Positions 52,289-61,696 are shown, counted from the stretch's first letter. The stretch: DNA of 64,000 nucleotides from an uncultured Acidobacteriota bacterium (GCA_963821285.1 CAWGDD010000009.1:2431-66430); one strand, 5' to 3'. Notes: generated by a model not told the origin, from the sequence alone. Made by a program: numbers and translations.

Positions 52289-54178
52289 GTGATGCCCTTG
52301 TTCCTCTCTCCGTTCTTTCTGTTCGCGATAGCCGCTGCGGCGATCCCCGTGGTTCTGCACCTCCTCAAGCGCGATCCGGAACCGCGGGTGAAGTTTGCCG
52401 CGGTGGCGCTGCTGCGCCGGGCGCCGGTGGAACGCTCGTCCACACGACGACTGCGACAGATCGTGCTGCTGCTTCTGCGCGTGTCGGCGTTGATCGCGCT
52501 GGCCCTGGCGTTCGCCCGGCCCTTCTTCCCGTCCCCCGCCGCCGCAGTCGCGCGCCACGCGACGATCGTCGCGCTCGACACCTCCTACAGCCTGTCGGCG
52601 CCCGGCAGATTCGCCCGCGCCCAGCAACTCGCACGAGAGGCCGTGAACCGCGCGCCGGCCGGAGACGATGTGGGCGTCGTGACGTTTGCGGATCGCGCGG
52701 ATCTGGCCGCGCCGCCTTCGAGTGGCCGAACGGCGGCGCTCACCGCCATCGACTCGGCCGCGGCGGGAGCGGGAGGCACCCGGTATCTGGCGGCCGTGAA
52801 CGCCGCGGGTCGAGCGCTCGGCGGCCGAGGCGGAACCGTTGTTGTTGTCACGGATCTCCAGGCAGGCGGATGGGACGCAGGCGATCACGCGTCGCTGCCC
52901 GAACCGGCGCGCGTCGAGGTGCGCGACGTCGGCGCGCTGCCCGACAACTTCGCCGTCATCGGATTCCGATCGGACGGCGATCGCGCGGTTGTCACCGTGA
53001 GAAATGACAGCCTGCGGACCCGCGAGGCCGCCGTCCGCCTGACCGTCGATGGCCGGGTCGTGGGCGGCCAATCGGCGTCGATTGCGCCACATGGTGCCGG
53101 CGACGTCGTGTGGTCGCGCGTGCCCGGCGGCGAAGCCGCCGCAGCCGTGGACGATCGCGAGGGACTGCAGGCCGATAACGTCCGCTACGCGCGGCTCACT
53201 GGCGCGTCGCGTGCTGCGGTGCTTGTCGTGACGGCCACCGGTGATCTCGACCGCGAGGCGTTCTACGTGCACCAGGCCGTGGCCGCGGGTGGCGATGCCC
53301 GCGGGGGGGCGGCCGTGACCGGCGTGGCCGCCGGGCAGCTGAGCAGCTGGACGGCCGCACGATTGGCCGGCTTCCCATCCGTGCTGCTGCTGTCGACGCG
53401 CGGCCTTGAGCGTCGCGGCCGCGAGCTGATCGCGTCGCATGTCGCTGCCGGGGGCGGACTGCTGATTGCCGCCGGCCCGGATGTCGACGGCGACGTGGCG
53501 GCCGACGTGCTCGGCCCGAGCGCGAGACTGCGCGTGCTGCCGCCGGACGATCGACGGATGCCGGATCAGGTGTCGCTGGCACCGGCCGATATCCGGCACC
53601 CGATCTTCCAGCCGTTCGGCCCGGCGGCTGCCTCGCTCGGTCTCGTCCGCTTCGGTCGCACATCGAGCATCAGCGGTGCGGGTTGCCAGACGCTGGCGAA
53701 ATTCACCTCGGGCGAGGCCGCCGTCATCGACTGCGGCATCGGCGAGGGCCATGCCATCGTGATGTCGTCCGACTTGAACAACCGCTGGAACGACTTTCCC
53801 CTGCACGCGTCTTTCGTGCCCTTCGTCCACGAGACGGTGCGGTATCTGTCGAGCGCACGTGCCCGGGCCACCGAGTACCTCGTCGGCGAGGTGCCCGCGG
53901 GCGTTTCGCCCGTGCCGGGAATCGTGACGGTCGGAGTGGCCGGCGCGCCGGGAGCACACCGGGCCGTGATCAACGTCGATCCGGGCGAGTCCGAGCCCGC
54001 GCGGATTTCGCCGGACGAGTTCGGATCCGCCATCGCGCGGTTGAAGGACGCCGGGATCGCCGAGACGCGAGCGGCCGAGTCCGGCCGCGAATCGAGCCAG
54101 CATGTCTGGCAGTATCTGCTCGCAGCGATGATGGTGTTGCTGGCCGTGGAAGGCGTGGTCGCAGGGCGAACTGTGTAG
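52289..54178 (+). CDS. BatA-type membrane protein (N-terminal double-TM aerotolerance-regulator domain plus VWA-like region, C-terminal TM)
   Basis: PLFLSPFFLFAIAAAAIPVVLHLLKR......F....LL, then a second TM, a VVALDTSYS (VWA DxSxS-like) motif, and a C-terminal TM. Confidence 0.75.
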   Translation: MMPLFLSPFFLFAIAAAAIPVVLHLLKRDPEPRVKFAAVALLRRAPVERSSTRRLRQIVLLLLRVSALIALALAFARPFFPSPAAAVARHATIVALDTSYSLSAPGRFARAQQLAREAVNRAPAGDDVGVVTFADRADLAAPPSSGRTAALTAIDSAAAGAGGTRYLAAVNAAGRALGGRGGTVVVVTDLQAGGWDAGDHASLPEPARVEVRDVGALPDNFAVIGFRSDGDRAVVTVRNDSLRTREAAVRLTVDGRVVGGQSASIAPHGAGDVVWSRVPGGEAAAAVDDREGLQADNVRYARLTGASRAAVLVVTATGDLDREAFYVHQAVAAGGDARGGAAVTGVAAGQLSSWTAARLAGFPSVLLLSTRGLERRGRELIASHVAAGGGLLIAAGPDVDGDVAADVLGPSARLRVLPPDDRRMPDQVSLAPADIRHPIFQPFGPAAASLGLVRFGRTSSISGAGCQTLAKFTSGEAAVIDCGIGEGHAIVMSSDLNNRWNDFPLHASFVPFVHETVRYLSSARARATEYLVGEVPAGVSPVPGIVTVGVAGAPGAHRAVINVDPGESEPARISPDEFGSAIARLKDAGIAETRAAESGRESSQHVWQYLLAAMMVLLAVEGVVAGRTV

Positions 54179-54179
54179 A

Positions 54180-54214
54180 AATCAGCAATTAGCAATCAGC
54201 AATCAGCAATTGAA
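54180..54214 (+). repeat. Heptamer tandem array, 5 x AATCAGC/AATTAGC
   Basis: Read directly. It fills the gap between the stop at 54178 and the ATG at 54216. Confidence 0.95.
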
Positions 54215-54215
54215 C

Positions 54216-57200
54216 ATGGGCCGTCAGTACGAACCAATTCGGCGATTCCTGCAGCGCGTCCGGACGCGGCTGCGGGCGTTGTCCGCGCTCGACGCGGCCG
54301 CGCGCGCGGCGCTCGCGTTGTCGGCGGTCGTCGCCGTCGCGCTCGCCGTGTGGTCGCTGGCGTCGCTGGGCGGCCGCCCGCCGATCGCACTCGCCGGCCT
54401 GGCTGGCGTCGTGCTCGCCCTTGCCGCGTGGGCGCTGGTGTGGGGCCTTCTCCCGCTTCGCCGCGCGCCGACCGACGCGCAGCTCGCGCGGTTTGTCGAA
54501 GAGCAGGTACCTGCGCTCGACGACCGCCTCGCAACCGCCGTCGACATCGTTCGGCGCGACACGCCGTCCCTCCTGGTCGGGCCGCTGGTCGAGGATGCGG
54601 CCCGCCGCGTGGACGCCATCGATGTGGACGAGATCGTGCCGCGCAGCCGTATCCGCCGCGGTGGTTTCAAGGCGGGGGCCGCGGCCATCGTCCTGCTCGT
54701 CCTCGCCGTGATGGCCCGCGAGCCTGCGCGCCAGTCGCTCGACGCCGCGTCGCTCGCCCTGTTTCCCGAGCGGGTGCGTCTGGAGATCAAGCCCGGCAAC
54801 GCCCACGTGCTCCAGGGCGCGCCGCTCACGATTCAGGCGCGCCTCATTGGCAACCGCGCCCCGGTTGGCGCGCGCCTCGAGGTCGGCGGCGGCGACATTT
54901 GGCGGGCCAGCGAGATGCTGGCCGAGTCGGCTGGCGCATTCCGCCTGGTGATGCCGCCGGCTGCCGCCGATTTCCAGTACCGTGTGGTCGCGGGTTCAAT
55001 CACATCGCCCGTCTATCGGATCACCGTGGCGCACCCGCCCCGCGTCACGCGAATCGACGTCGACTACGCGTACCCGTCGCCTCTGGGCCTCCCGCCCCGC
55101 ACCGAGACCGATAGCGGCGACGTGTATGCGCCGGCCGGCACGGACGTCACGCTCCACGTCCACACCGACCGTCCCATCGCGTCCGGCCAGCTGTCGCTCG
55201 CGAACGGCCGGTCGATCGCGCTGTCGGCGGGCTCGCCCGCGCAGCTCACCGCCGCGCTGAAGGTCGTCGAGGACGGGTCGTACAGAATCGCGCTTCGCGA
55301 TCTCGATGGCCTGGCCGATCAGGGCCAGACCGAGTACTTCATTCGCGCGATCGAGGATCGGCCGCCGGACGTGCACGTGGTGAAGCCCGCGAGCGACCGA
55401 TCCGTCACGCGGCTCGAGGAAGTGGAGATCGAGGCGCAGGCCGAAGACGACTACGGCATCGATCGTATGGAGCTGGTGTACGCCGTACGCGGGCAGTCCG
55501 AAACGGCCGTCCCGCTCGACGTGCCGCGCCGCGGCACCAGCGTGACCGCCCGGCATACCCTGTACCTCGAGGACCTCGACGTTCGTCCAGGCGATTTTGT
55601 CTCCTACTACGTGCGCGCGCGCGACATCACGCGCGGCACGCGCCCGAACGAAGGGCGCAGCGACATCTTCTTCCTCGAGGTCAGGCCGTTCGAACAGGAA
55701 TTTGCCCTGGCGCAGAGCCAGTCGATGGCCGGCGGGGGCTACAACGGGTCGATCGACGACCTCGTCACCGCGCAGAAACAGGTGGTCGTCGCCACATGGA
55801 AGCTCGATCGGCGCGGCCAGAGCGCCAGGGGCGCGCAGTCGCCGGCCGATATCCGGGCGGTCGGCCGCACCGAAGCCGATCTCAAGGCCCGCACCGAGGA
55901 GACGGCGAGCTCGCTCCGCGAGTCCGCGATGCGCGACCCGCGCCGCCGGCTGCAGGGCAGGGGCGACACCGCCGGCCAGGCGATGCCCGAGGAAGATGCG
56001 ATGGCGACGGCGGTCGAGGCGATGGGACGCGCCGTCGTGGCGCTCGACGCGCTGAAGACGGGTGCCGCGCTCCCCCCCGAGATGCAGGCGCTGAACTCGC
56101 TCCTCGAGGCGCAGGCGCTCGTGAAGAAGCGTCAGGTGTCGCGGCAGCAGTCGGGACAGGGCGGCCCCGGCAACAACAACCGGAACTACGACATCTCGGC
56201 GCTGTTCGACAAGGAGCTGCAGCGGCTGCAGCAGACACGATACGAAACGCGCCAGCCCTCCGGCGGCCCGAATCGGGAGAATCGTGAAGCCCTCGAGAAG
56301 ATCGCGGAGCTGGCGCGGCGGCAGGACGAGATGCTCAAGCGGCAGCAGGACCTGGCCCGCCAGCGGCCGGACGAGGCCGAGCTGGCGCGGCAGCTGGAGA
56401 AGCTGACGCGTGAGCAGGCCGAGCTGCGGCAGCAGGCCGAGGAGCTGGCGCGCCGGATGTCGATGCTCGAGTCGGGCCAGCAGAACACGGCGGGGCCGCA
56501 GACCGGGTCGTCGTCCGGAAGCGAGCAGACCGCGCGTCAGCTGCGCGACATCTCGAACGACATGCGCGGCGCCACGAACGATCTGCGCCGCCGCGACTCG
56601 GTGCAGGCGGGGGCCGGCGGCAGCCGGGCGCTCGAGAAGCTGAGGTCGCTGGAACAGCGGCTCCGCGCGGGGAACGAAGGCCAGCAGAAGAAGAGCAACG
56701 ACCCGCAGCGGGGAGGGGCGGGCTCGGGTACACGCCGCGACGCGGAGTCGCGAGCGATGGCGGAGCAGCGCGGACGCGCGCAGCAGCTGCGCCAGAACAT
56801 CGAGCGCCTGACGCGCGATCTCGAGAGGCTCGCCGGTCGGGAGTCCGGCAGGAACACACCGGGCGGCCAGAAGGCGCCAAACCAGACGGGGAAAACCGAC
56901 GAACGCCGCGAGCCCGGTCCCGGCGGACGCGGCGACGAGATTACACGGCTGCGCGAGCAGGCCGCGCGCGAGCTCGAGCGAACGCGGCAGCTGCTCGACG
57001 AGCTGCGCCGGCAAGACCCGAGCTTCGCCAGTGGCGGCGCCGGCTTCACGTTCGAGGGCGCGGGCATGGTCTTCTCCTCGCCGGGCACCGAGGCGTTCAA
57101 GCAGGACCTGGGGCGCTGGCAGGCGCTCAGCGCTGAAGCGACGCGCGCACTGGACCGCGCCGAGTCGTCGCTGTCGAGCCGGCTGCAGGAGAAGGATGCG

Positions 57201-57302
57201 TCCGGCCGGCTGGCTGCGGGCGTCGACGACAAGGCGCCGGCTGCGTATCAGCAGCAAGTCGACCGCTACTTCAAGGCGCTCGGGAACCGCAAGCAGCCCT
57301 GA
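54216..57302 (+). CDS. Large membrane-anchored protein with long charged coiled-coil/low-complexity C-terminal half (DUF4175-like)
   Basis: Two N-terminal TM segments, a central beta-rich region, then E/R/Q-rich repeats (ELARQLEKLTREQAELRQQAEELARR). The family assignment is tentative. Confidence 0.55.
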   Translation: MGRQYEPIRRFLQRVRTRLRALSALDAAARAALALSAVVAVALAVWSLASLGGRPPIALAGLAGVVLALAAWALVWGLLPLRRAPTDAQLARFVEEQVPALDDRLATAVDIVRRDTPSLLVGPLVEDAARRVDAIDVDEIVPRSRIRRGGFKAGAAAIVLLVLAVMAREPARQSLDAASLALFPERVRLEIKPGNAHVLQGAPLTIQARLIGNRAPVGARLEVGGGDIWRASEMLAESAGAFRLVMPPAAADFQYRVVAGSITSPVYRITVAHPPRVTRIDVDYAYPSPLGLPPRTETDSGDVYAPAGTDVTLHVHTDRPIASGQLSLANGRSIALSAGSPAQLTAALKVVEDGSYRIALRDLDGLADQGQTEYFIRAIEDRPPDVHVVKPASDRSVTRLEEVEIEAQAEDDYGIDRMELVYAVRGQSETAVPLDVPRRGTSVTARHTLYLEDLDVRPGDFVSYYVRARDITRGTRPNEGRSDIFFLEVRPFEQEFALAQSQSMAGGGYNGSIDDLVTAQKQVVVATWKLDRRGQSARGAQSPADIRAVGRTEADLKARTEETASSLRESAMRDPRRRLQGRGDTAGQAMPEEDAMATAVEAMGRAVVALDALKTGAALPPEMQALNSLLEAQALVKKRQVSRQQSGQGGPGNNNRNYDISALFDKELQRLQQTRYETRQPSGGPNRENREALEKIAELARRQDEMLKRQQDLARQRPDEAELARQLEKLTREQAELRQQAEELARRMSMLESGQQNTAGPQTGSSSGSEQTARQLRDISNDMRGATNDLRRRDSVQAGAGGSRALEKLRSLEQRLRAGNEGQQKKSNDPQRGGAGSGTRRDAESRAMAEQRGRAQQLRQNIERLTRDLERLAGRESGRNTPGGQKAPNQTGKTDERREPGPGGRGDEITRLREQAARELERTRQLLDELRRQDPSFASGGAGFTFEGAGMVFSSPGTEAFKQDLGRWQALSAEATRALDRAESSLSSRLQEKDASGRLAAGVDDKAPAAYQQQVDRYFKALGNRKQP

Positions 57303-57324
57303 CCGCGCTGCGGTTGGCCTCTCC

Positions 57325-59553
57325 ATGCATTTCGCGTCTCTCCCGCCCTGGTGGCTGACGGTGCTCGCCGCGCTGGCCCTTGCAGCCGCCGTATTCGCGG
57401 CGTATCGCCGCCCGCTCGCGCCGCTCTCGACGGCGCAGCGGGCCGTGCTGATCGGGCTTCGGTCCGCCGCGCTCATCGCGCTCCTGCTCGTGCTGTTCCG
57501 TCCCGTTGCGCTGCTGCCCCCGGCCGGCGATCGCGAGCAGGTCGTGCCCGTGCTCATCGACATCTCGCGCAGCATGCGCGTGGCGGACGCCGACGGCGAC
57601 ACCCGCATCGCGCGTGCGGCTGCGCTGCTGCGCTTCGACCTGCTGCCCCTGTTGTCGCGCCAGTTCCACACCGAGCTGCTTTCTGTCGGCGACGCGGTCG
57701 AGACGGCGTCGATCGACGCGCTGACGGCGCACGCGAGCCAGAGCGACTTGTCAGGCGCGCTGGCGTCGGTCCGCGAACGCTTCCGGGGTCAGCGGGTCGC
57801 GGGCGTCGTGGTGTTATCCGACGGCGGCGACACCGCTCCGCCCTTGCCGGCCGGACGGGGCGGCGATGCCGCCTCGCCCTGGCCCGTGTTCGCGATCGGC
57901 GTCGGGTCCGCCAGCGGGTTGCGCGATCGGGAAATCCTCGGGATCGCGGCAGGGGATCAGCGGCTCGAAGACGCGTCCGTTGACCTGCAGGTGTCGGTGG
58001 TCAGTAGCGGGTTCGGGCGCGATCCCTTTCAGTTGCGGGTCCTGGCCGGCGGGAAGCTGCTTGAAAGCCGCCGCGTGGTTCCGTCCGCCGACGGATCGCC
58101 GATCGGGCAGCGCTTCACCGTGTTTCCCGACCCGCGGCAGCCGACCGTGTACACCGTGGAAATCCCCCCGGCGGACGGAGAGCCTGTCGCCGAGAACAAC
58201 ACGCGCAGCGTCATGGTGAGCCCGGCCGGACGCAAGCGCCGTCTGCTGGTCATCGAGGGCGCGCCCGGATTCGAGCACACGTTCGTCAGGAGGGCATGGG
58301 CCGCCGACTCTGGGCTCGAGGTCGACTCTGTCGTTCGAAAAGGCAGGGACGTCAACGGCAGCGATACCTTCCTGATTCAGGCGGAAGGCGGCCGTGCCAC
58401 CACGTTGACCACAGGCTTCCCGGCGAGGCGCGAGGATCTCTACTCCTACGATGCCGTCATCGTCTCGAACGTCGAGGGTGGGTTCTTCACGCGCGGCCAG
58501 TGGACGATGATCGCGGACTTCGTGTCCGAGCGGGGCGGCGGCCTGCTCGTGACCGGCGGCCGATCGTTCGCGCAGCGAGGGCTGGTGGGCACGCCCGTCG
58601 AAGCGGTTCTGCCGGTGGAACTCGACGAGCGCCGCGGCGGGATGTCTCGCGCGGCCTCCGGCGACCGCGCGCCCGCCAACGGCGTCGTCGTCACGCCAGA
58701 AGGCGAGACGCACCCGATCATGCGGCTGGGCGCGTCCGGCGAGGAGACACGCCGGAAATGGGCCGCCCTGCCGGCGCTGGCGACGACTGCGCCGCTTGGC
58801 AGCGCCCGGCCGGGCGCCGTCGTGCTCGCCGCCGCGTCGGCCTCCGGCGGCGCCGTGTTCCCGGTCGTCGCCGTGCAGCCGTACGGCCGCGGACGCTCGA
58901 TGGTGTTCGGCGGCGAGGCGTCATGGCGCTGGCGGATGATGGCGGCCACGACCGATCGGAGCCACGAGCTGTTCTGGCGCCAGACGGCGCGATGGCTCGC
59001 CGCAGCCTCGCCCGACCCGGTGGCCATTGCTGTCACCGACAGCCCACAACCGGGCGATTCGGTCGCGATCGACGTCGACGCGCGCGACGCGGCCTTTGCC
59101 CCCGTCGCCGACGCTGCCGTCGGTGCGACGGTGGAGCTGCCAGATGGAGCCCGTCAATCCCTGACGTTCCGGCGCCTCGCATCGCCTGCCGGCCGTTTCA
59201 CGTCCACGTTCCGTCCCGATCGCGCGGGTCTGTATCATGTGCGTGCCGAAGCGGCGCGGGCCGGCTCGCCGCTTGGAGCCTCCGATCGGTGGATCTACGT
59301 CGGCGGCGGCGACCGCGAGTTCGTGGATCCGCGGCTCAACGAGGGGTTTCTGAGGCGAGCGGCACGCGAATCCGGCGGCCGCTACGTTCGTGCGGCTGAC
59401 GCGACGCGGTTGATGGCCTGGCTGCAGGAGGCCGCGAGGCAGAATGCGGTGCCCGTGCAGAACGATCTGTGGGACAAGCCGTGGGTGCTCGGCGCGCTCG
59501 TCCTCCTGTTGTCTTCCGAGTGGGGGCTGCGCCGGATGTGGGGCCTGAGATGA
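57325..59553 (+). CDS. Membrane protein with VWA-like and class-I glutamine-amidotransferase-like (ThuA/DUF1355-like) regions
   Basis: N-terminal double TM (PPWWLTVLAALALAAAVF, ...LIALLLVLFRP). VPVLIDISRSM. GGGLLVTGG. C-terminal TM. Start set at MHFASL. Confidence 0.55.
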   Translation: MHFASLPPWWLTVLAALALAAAVFAAYRRPLAPLSTAQRAVLIGLRSAALIALLLVLFRPVALLPPAGDREQVVPVLIDISRSMRVADADGDTRIARAAALLRFDLLPLLSRQFHTELLSVGDAVETASIDALTAHASQSDLSGALASVRERFRGQRVAGVVVLSDGGDTAPPLPAGRGGDAASPWPVFAIGVGSASGLRDREILGIAAGDQRLEDASVDLQVSVVSSGFGRDPFQLRVLAGGKLLESRRVVPSADGSPIGQRFTVFPDPRQPTVYTVEIPPADGEPVAENNTRSVMVSPAGRKRRLLVIEGAPGFEHTFVRRAWAADSGLEVDSVVRKGRDVNGSDTFLIQAEGGRATTLTTGFPARREDLYSYDAVIVSNVEGGFFTRGQWTMIADFVSERGGGLLVTGGRSFAQRGLVGTPVEAVLPVELDERRGGMSRAASGDRAPANGVVVTPEGETHPIMRLGASGEETRRKWAALPALATTAPLGSARPGAVVLAAASASGGAVFPVVAVQPYGRGRSMVFGGEASWRWRMMAATTDRSHELFWRQTARWLAAASPDPVAIAVTDSPQPGDSVAIDVDARDAAFAPVADAAVGATVELPDGARQSLTFRRLASPAGRFTSTFRPDRAGLYHVRAEAARAGSPLGASDRWIYVGGGDREFVDPRLNEGFLRRAARESGGRYVRAADATRLMAWLQEAARQNAVPVQNDLWDKPWVLGALVLLLSSEWGLRRMWGLR

Positions 59554-60506
59554 CGCTCGTCCGGTGCGCGCTCGCGCTGGCCGCCGTCTGTCTGGCCTCA
59601 CCGGCTGCGGCCGGCGACAACTACGCCCTTGTCGTCACGGGCGCATCAGGCGGCGACGTGTACGCGAAGAAGTACGACGGCTGGCGCCGGTCGTTCGTCT
59701 CGGCCCTTCGCGACAAGTTCGCGTATCCCGCCGATCACGTGATCGCCCTGGCCGAGAAAGAGGAGCCTGGCGTCGGGCCGGCCACGCGGACACAGGTGCA
59801 GCGGGTATTGACGGACCTGCGCACCCGTCTCACGCGGGACGATCTGCTCGTCGTCCTGCTCATCGGGCATGGCACGTTGACGGACCATGCCGACGCCAAG
59901 TTCAACCTGGTGGGTCCCGACCTGAGCGCGAGCGAGTGGGCGGACCTGCTGAAACCCATCACCGCCCGCCTTGTCTTCGTCGACACGACGTCGGTCAGCT
60001 TCCCGTTCATGGCGAAACTCGCGGCTCCCGGCCGTGTCGTGGTGACGGCGACGGATTCGACCGCGCAGGAATTCGAAACGATCTTCGCCGAGTGGTTCGT
60101 CAAGGCGCTGACCGAAATGGCCGCCGACGCCGACAAGAACGGCCGCGTGTCGATGCTCGAGGCGTTCACGTATGCCAGCGCGGCCGTGCGCCGCTGGTAC
60201 GACGAGCACAACCAGCTCCCGACCGAACGTCCGCTGATCGACGACGATGGCGACGGCGTGGGGCGGGAAGCGCAGAATCAGGGGGCCGACGGGTCGCTGG
60301 CGCGCGGAACGTATCTCCAGGTTGCCGGTGAGCCTGTCGATGCGCCGCGGCGGGCGCTGGCCGCGCGTCAGGCCGCGCTCGAAGCGCAAGTCGACGCGCT
60401 CAAGGCGAGGCGATCGTCGATGGCGTCCGAAGCGTATCAGGCAGAGCTCGAACGTCTCCTCCTCGACCTGGCTCGCATTTCTGCTGAACTCCGGTCCAAG
60501 TCCTGA
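59550..60506 (+). CDS. Secreted caspase/legumain-fold (peptidase C13-like) protein with C-terminal coiled coil
   Basis: Signal peptide. NYALVVTGASGG, LLVVLLIGHGT (His-Gly dyad), and LVFVDTTSVSF where the catalytic Cys would be expected. ATGA overlap with the upstream stop. Confidence 0.5.
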   Translation: MTLVRCALALAAVCLASPAAAGDNYALVVTGASGGDVYAKKYDGWRRSFVSALRDKFAYPADHVIALAEKEEPGVGPATRTQVQRVLTDLRTRLTRDDLLVVLLIGHGTLTDHADAKFNLVGPDLSASEWADLLKPITARLVFVDTTSVSFPFMAKLAAPGRVVVTATDSTAQEFETIFAEWFVKALTEMAADADKNGRVSMLEAFTYASAAVRRWYDEHNQLPTERPLIDDDGDGVGREAQNQGADGSLARGTYLQVAGEPVDAPRRALAARQAALEAQVDALKARRSSMASEAYQAELERLLLDLARISAELRSKS

Positions 60507-60536
60507 CCGGCCGTCTGCCAGTCGCCTGCCGAGATC

Positions 60537-60938
60537 GTGCCCACCCTGGTCGATGCGAACGTATTGCTCGACTCTCTCGACGAGGGCAGCGAGTGGGAAG
60601 ATTGGTCAGCGTCCATGATCGCGTCGGCGAGCGAGACTGGTGTCCTCGTCATCAATCCGATCATTTACGCAGAGGTATCCGTCGGATTTCGATCGATTGA
60701 CGACCTTGATGACGCGCTGCCTCCGGAATACTTCACGAGGGCGCCACTGCCATGGGAGGCGGGCTTTCTCGCCGGCAAGGTGTTCGAGCAGTACCGACGG
60801 CGAGGCGGAGCGAAGCGTTCCCCCCTGCCGGACTTCTACATCGGCGCGCACGCCGCAGTGACCGGAATGACCCTTCTCACTCGCGACGCCCGTCGCTACC
60901 GTGCGTACTTTCCGAAGCTCCGGATCATCGCGCCCTAG
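60537..60938 (+). CDS. vapC: PIN-domain ribonuclease, VapC-type toxin
   Basis: LVDANVLL (Asp1), YAEV (Glu), PDFYIGAHA (Asp), LLTRDARRY (Asp). 133 aa, GTG start. Confidence 0.8.
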   Translation: MPTLVDANVLLDSLDEGSEWEDWSASMIASASETGVLVINPIIYAEVSVGFRSIDDLDDALPPEYFTRAPLPWEAGFLAGKVFEQYRRRGGAKRSPLPDFYIGAHAAVTGMTLLTRDARRYRAYFPKLRIIAP

Positions 60939-60940
60939 CT

Positions 60941-61597
60941 TCAGGCGTCCCACGCGCCAAACCGCTCGCGCCTTCGGAAAACGAAGACGCCGAGCACGCC
61001 GACGACAAAGCCCGCCACGTGCGCCGCGAACGCGACGCCGCCCTGCCCCGTGTTCGCCATCGAGGCCACCGCGCCGGCGTTGAACAGCTGCATCAGGAAC
61101 CAGAACCCGAGCAGGGCGATCGCCGGCATCTCGATCACGTTGAAGAAGAAGATGGGCACGAGCGTCAGCACCCGCGACTTCGGGTAGAGCACGAAGTACG
61201 CGCCCATCACGCCCGCAATCGCGCCGCTGGCGCCGATGGTCGGCAGCATCGACGCCGGCTCCATGAGGATCTGGCCGGCGGCCGCCGTCATCCCGCAGAG
61301 CAGGTAGAAGATCACGAACCGGCCGTGGCCGAACGTGTCCTCGATGTTGTCGCCGAAAATCCACAGGTACCACATGTTGCCGATGACGTGCGACCAGCCG
61401 CCATGCAGGAACATCGAGGTGAAGAGCGTGACGGGCCTGAAGGCGGCCGGCACGACGCCGTAGGTGACGAGAAACCGGGTGAGCTCGCGCGGCTCCATCG
61501 AGATCTCGAGGACCCAGGCCGCGGCGTTGAGGAAAATGATGGTGACGGTGACGAAGGGTACGGTTCGCGACGGAATCACGTCGCGCAGGGGAATCAC
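60941..61597 (-). CDS. Rhomboid-family intramembrane serine protease
   Basis: FLHGGWSHVIGNMWYLWIFG, GASGAIAGVMGAY (GxSG), and AHVAGF (His). Confidence 0.9.
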   Translation of the reverse strand: MIPLRDVIPSRTVPFVTVTIIFLNAAAWVLEISMEPRELTRFLVTYGVVPAAFRPVTLFTSMFLHGGWSHVIGNMWYLWIFGDNIEDTFGHGRFVIFYLLCGMTAAAGQILMEPASMLPTIGASGAIAGVMGAYFVLYPKSRVLTLVPIFFFNVIEMPAIALLGFWFLMQLFNAGAVASMANTGQGGVAFAAHVAGFVVGVLGVFVFRRRERFGAWDA

Positions 61598-61611
61598 TGG
61601 GATAGCTTACA

Positions 61612-61696
61612 ACTTAGAAGTTAGAACTTAGAAAGTTAGAACCTAGAAGTCCTGGTTCCTAGTTCTTACTTCTTACTTCTCAGTTCTAACTTCTAA
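61612..61696. repeat. Inverted pair of heptamer arrays (ACTTAGA/AGTTAGA x5 ; TTCTTAC/TTCTAAC x6) forming a hairpin
   Basis: Read directly. The right arm overlaps the stop codon region of the 61693-62928 gene. Confidence 0.9.

Noticed and set aside
54996-57671. Very long antisense ORFs (891 aa here; also 1499-2656, 3723-5066, 13407-15023, 32221-34131, 47247-49373, 52232-54103, 10737-12140, 22648-23532 and similar)
   Set aside because: They are Arg/Pro/Gly/Ala-rich and low in complexity, with no recognisable motifs. They lie exactly opposite well-supported genes. These are typical shadow ORFs of high-GC DNA, where stop codons are rare.
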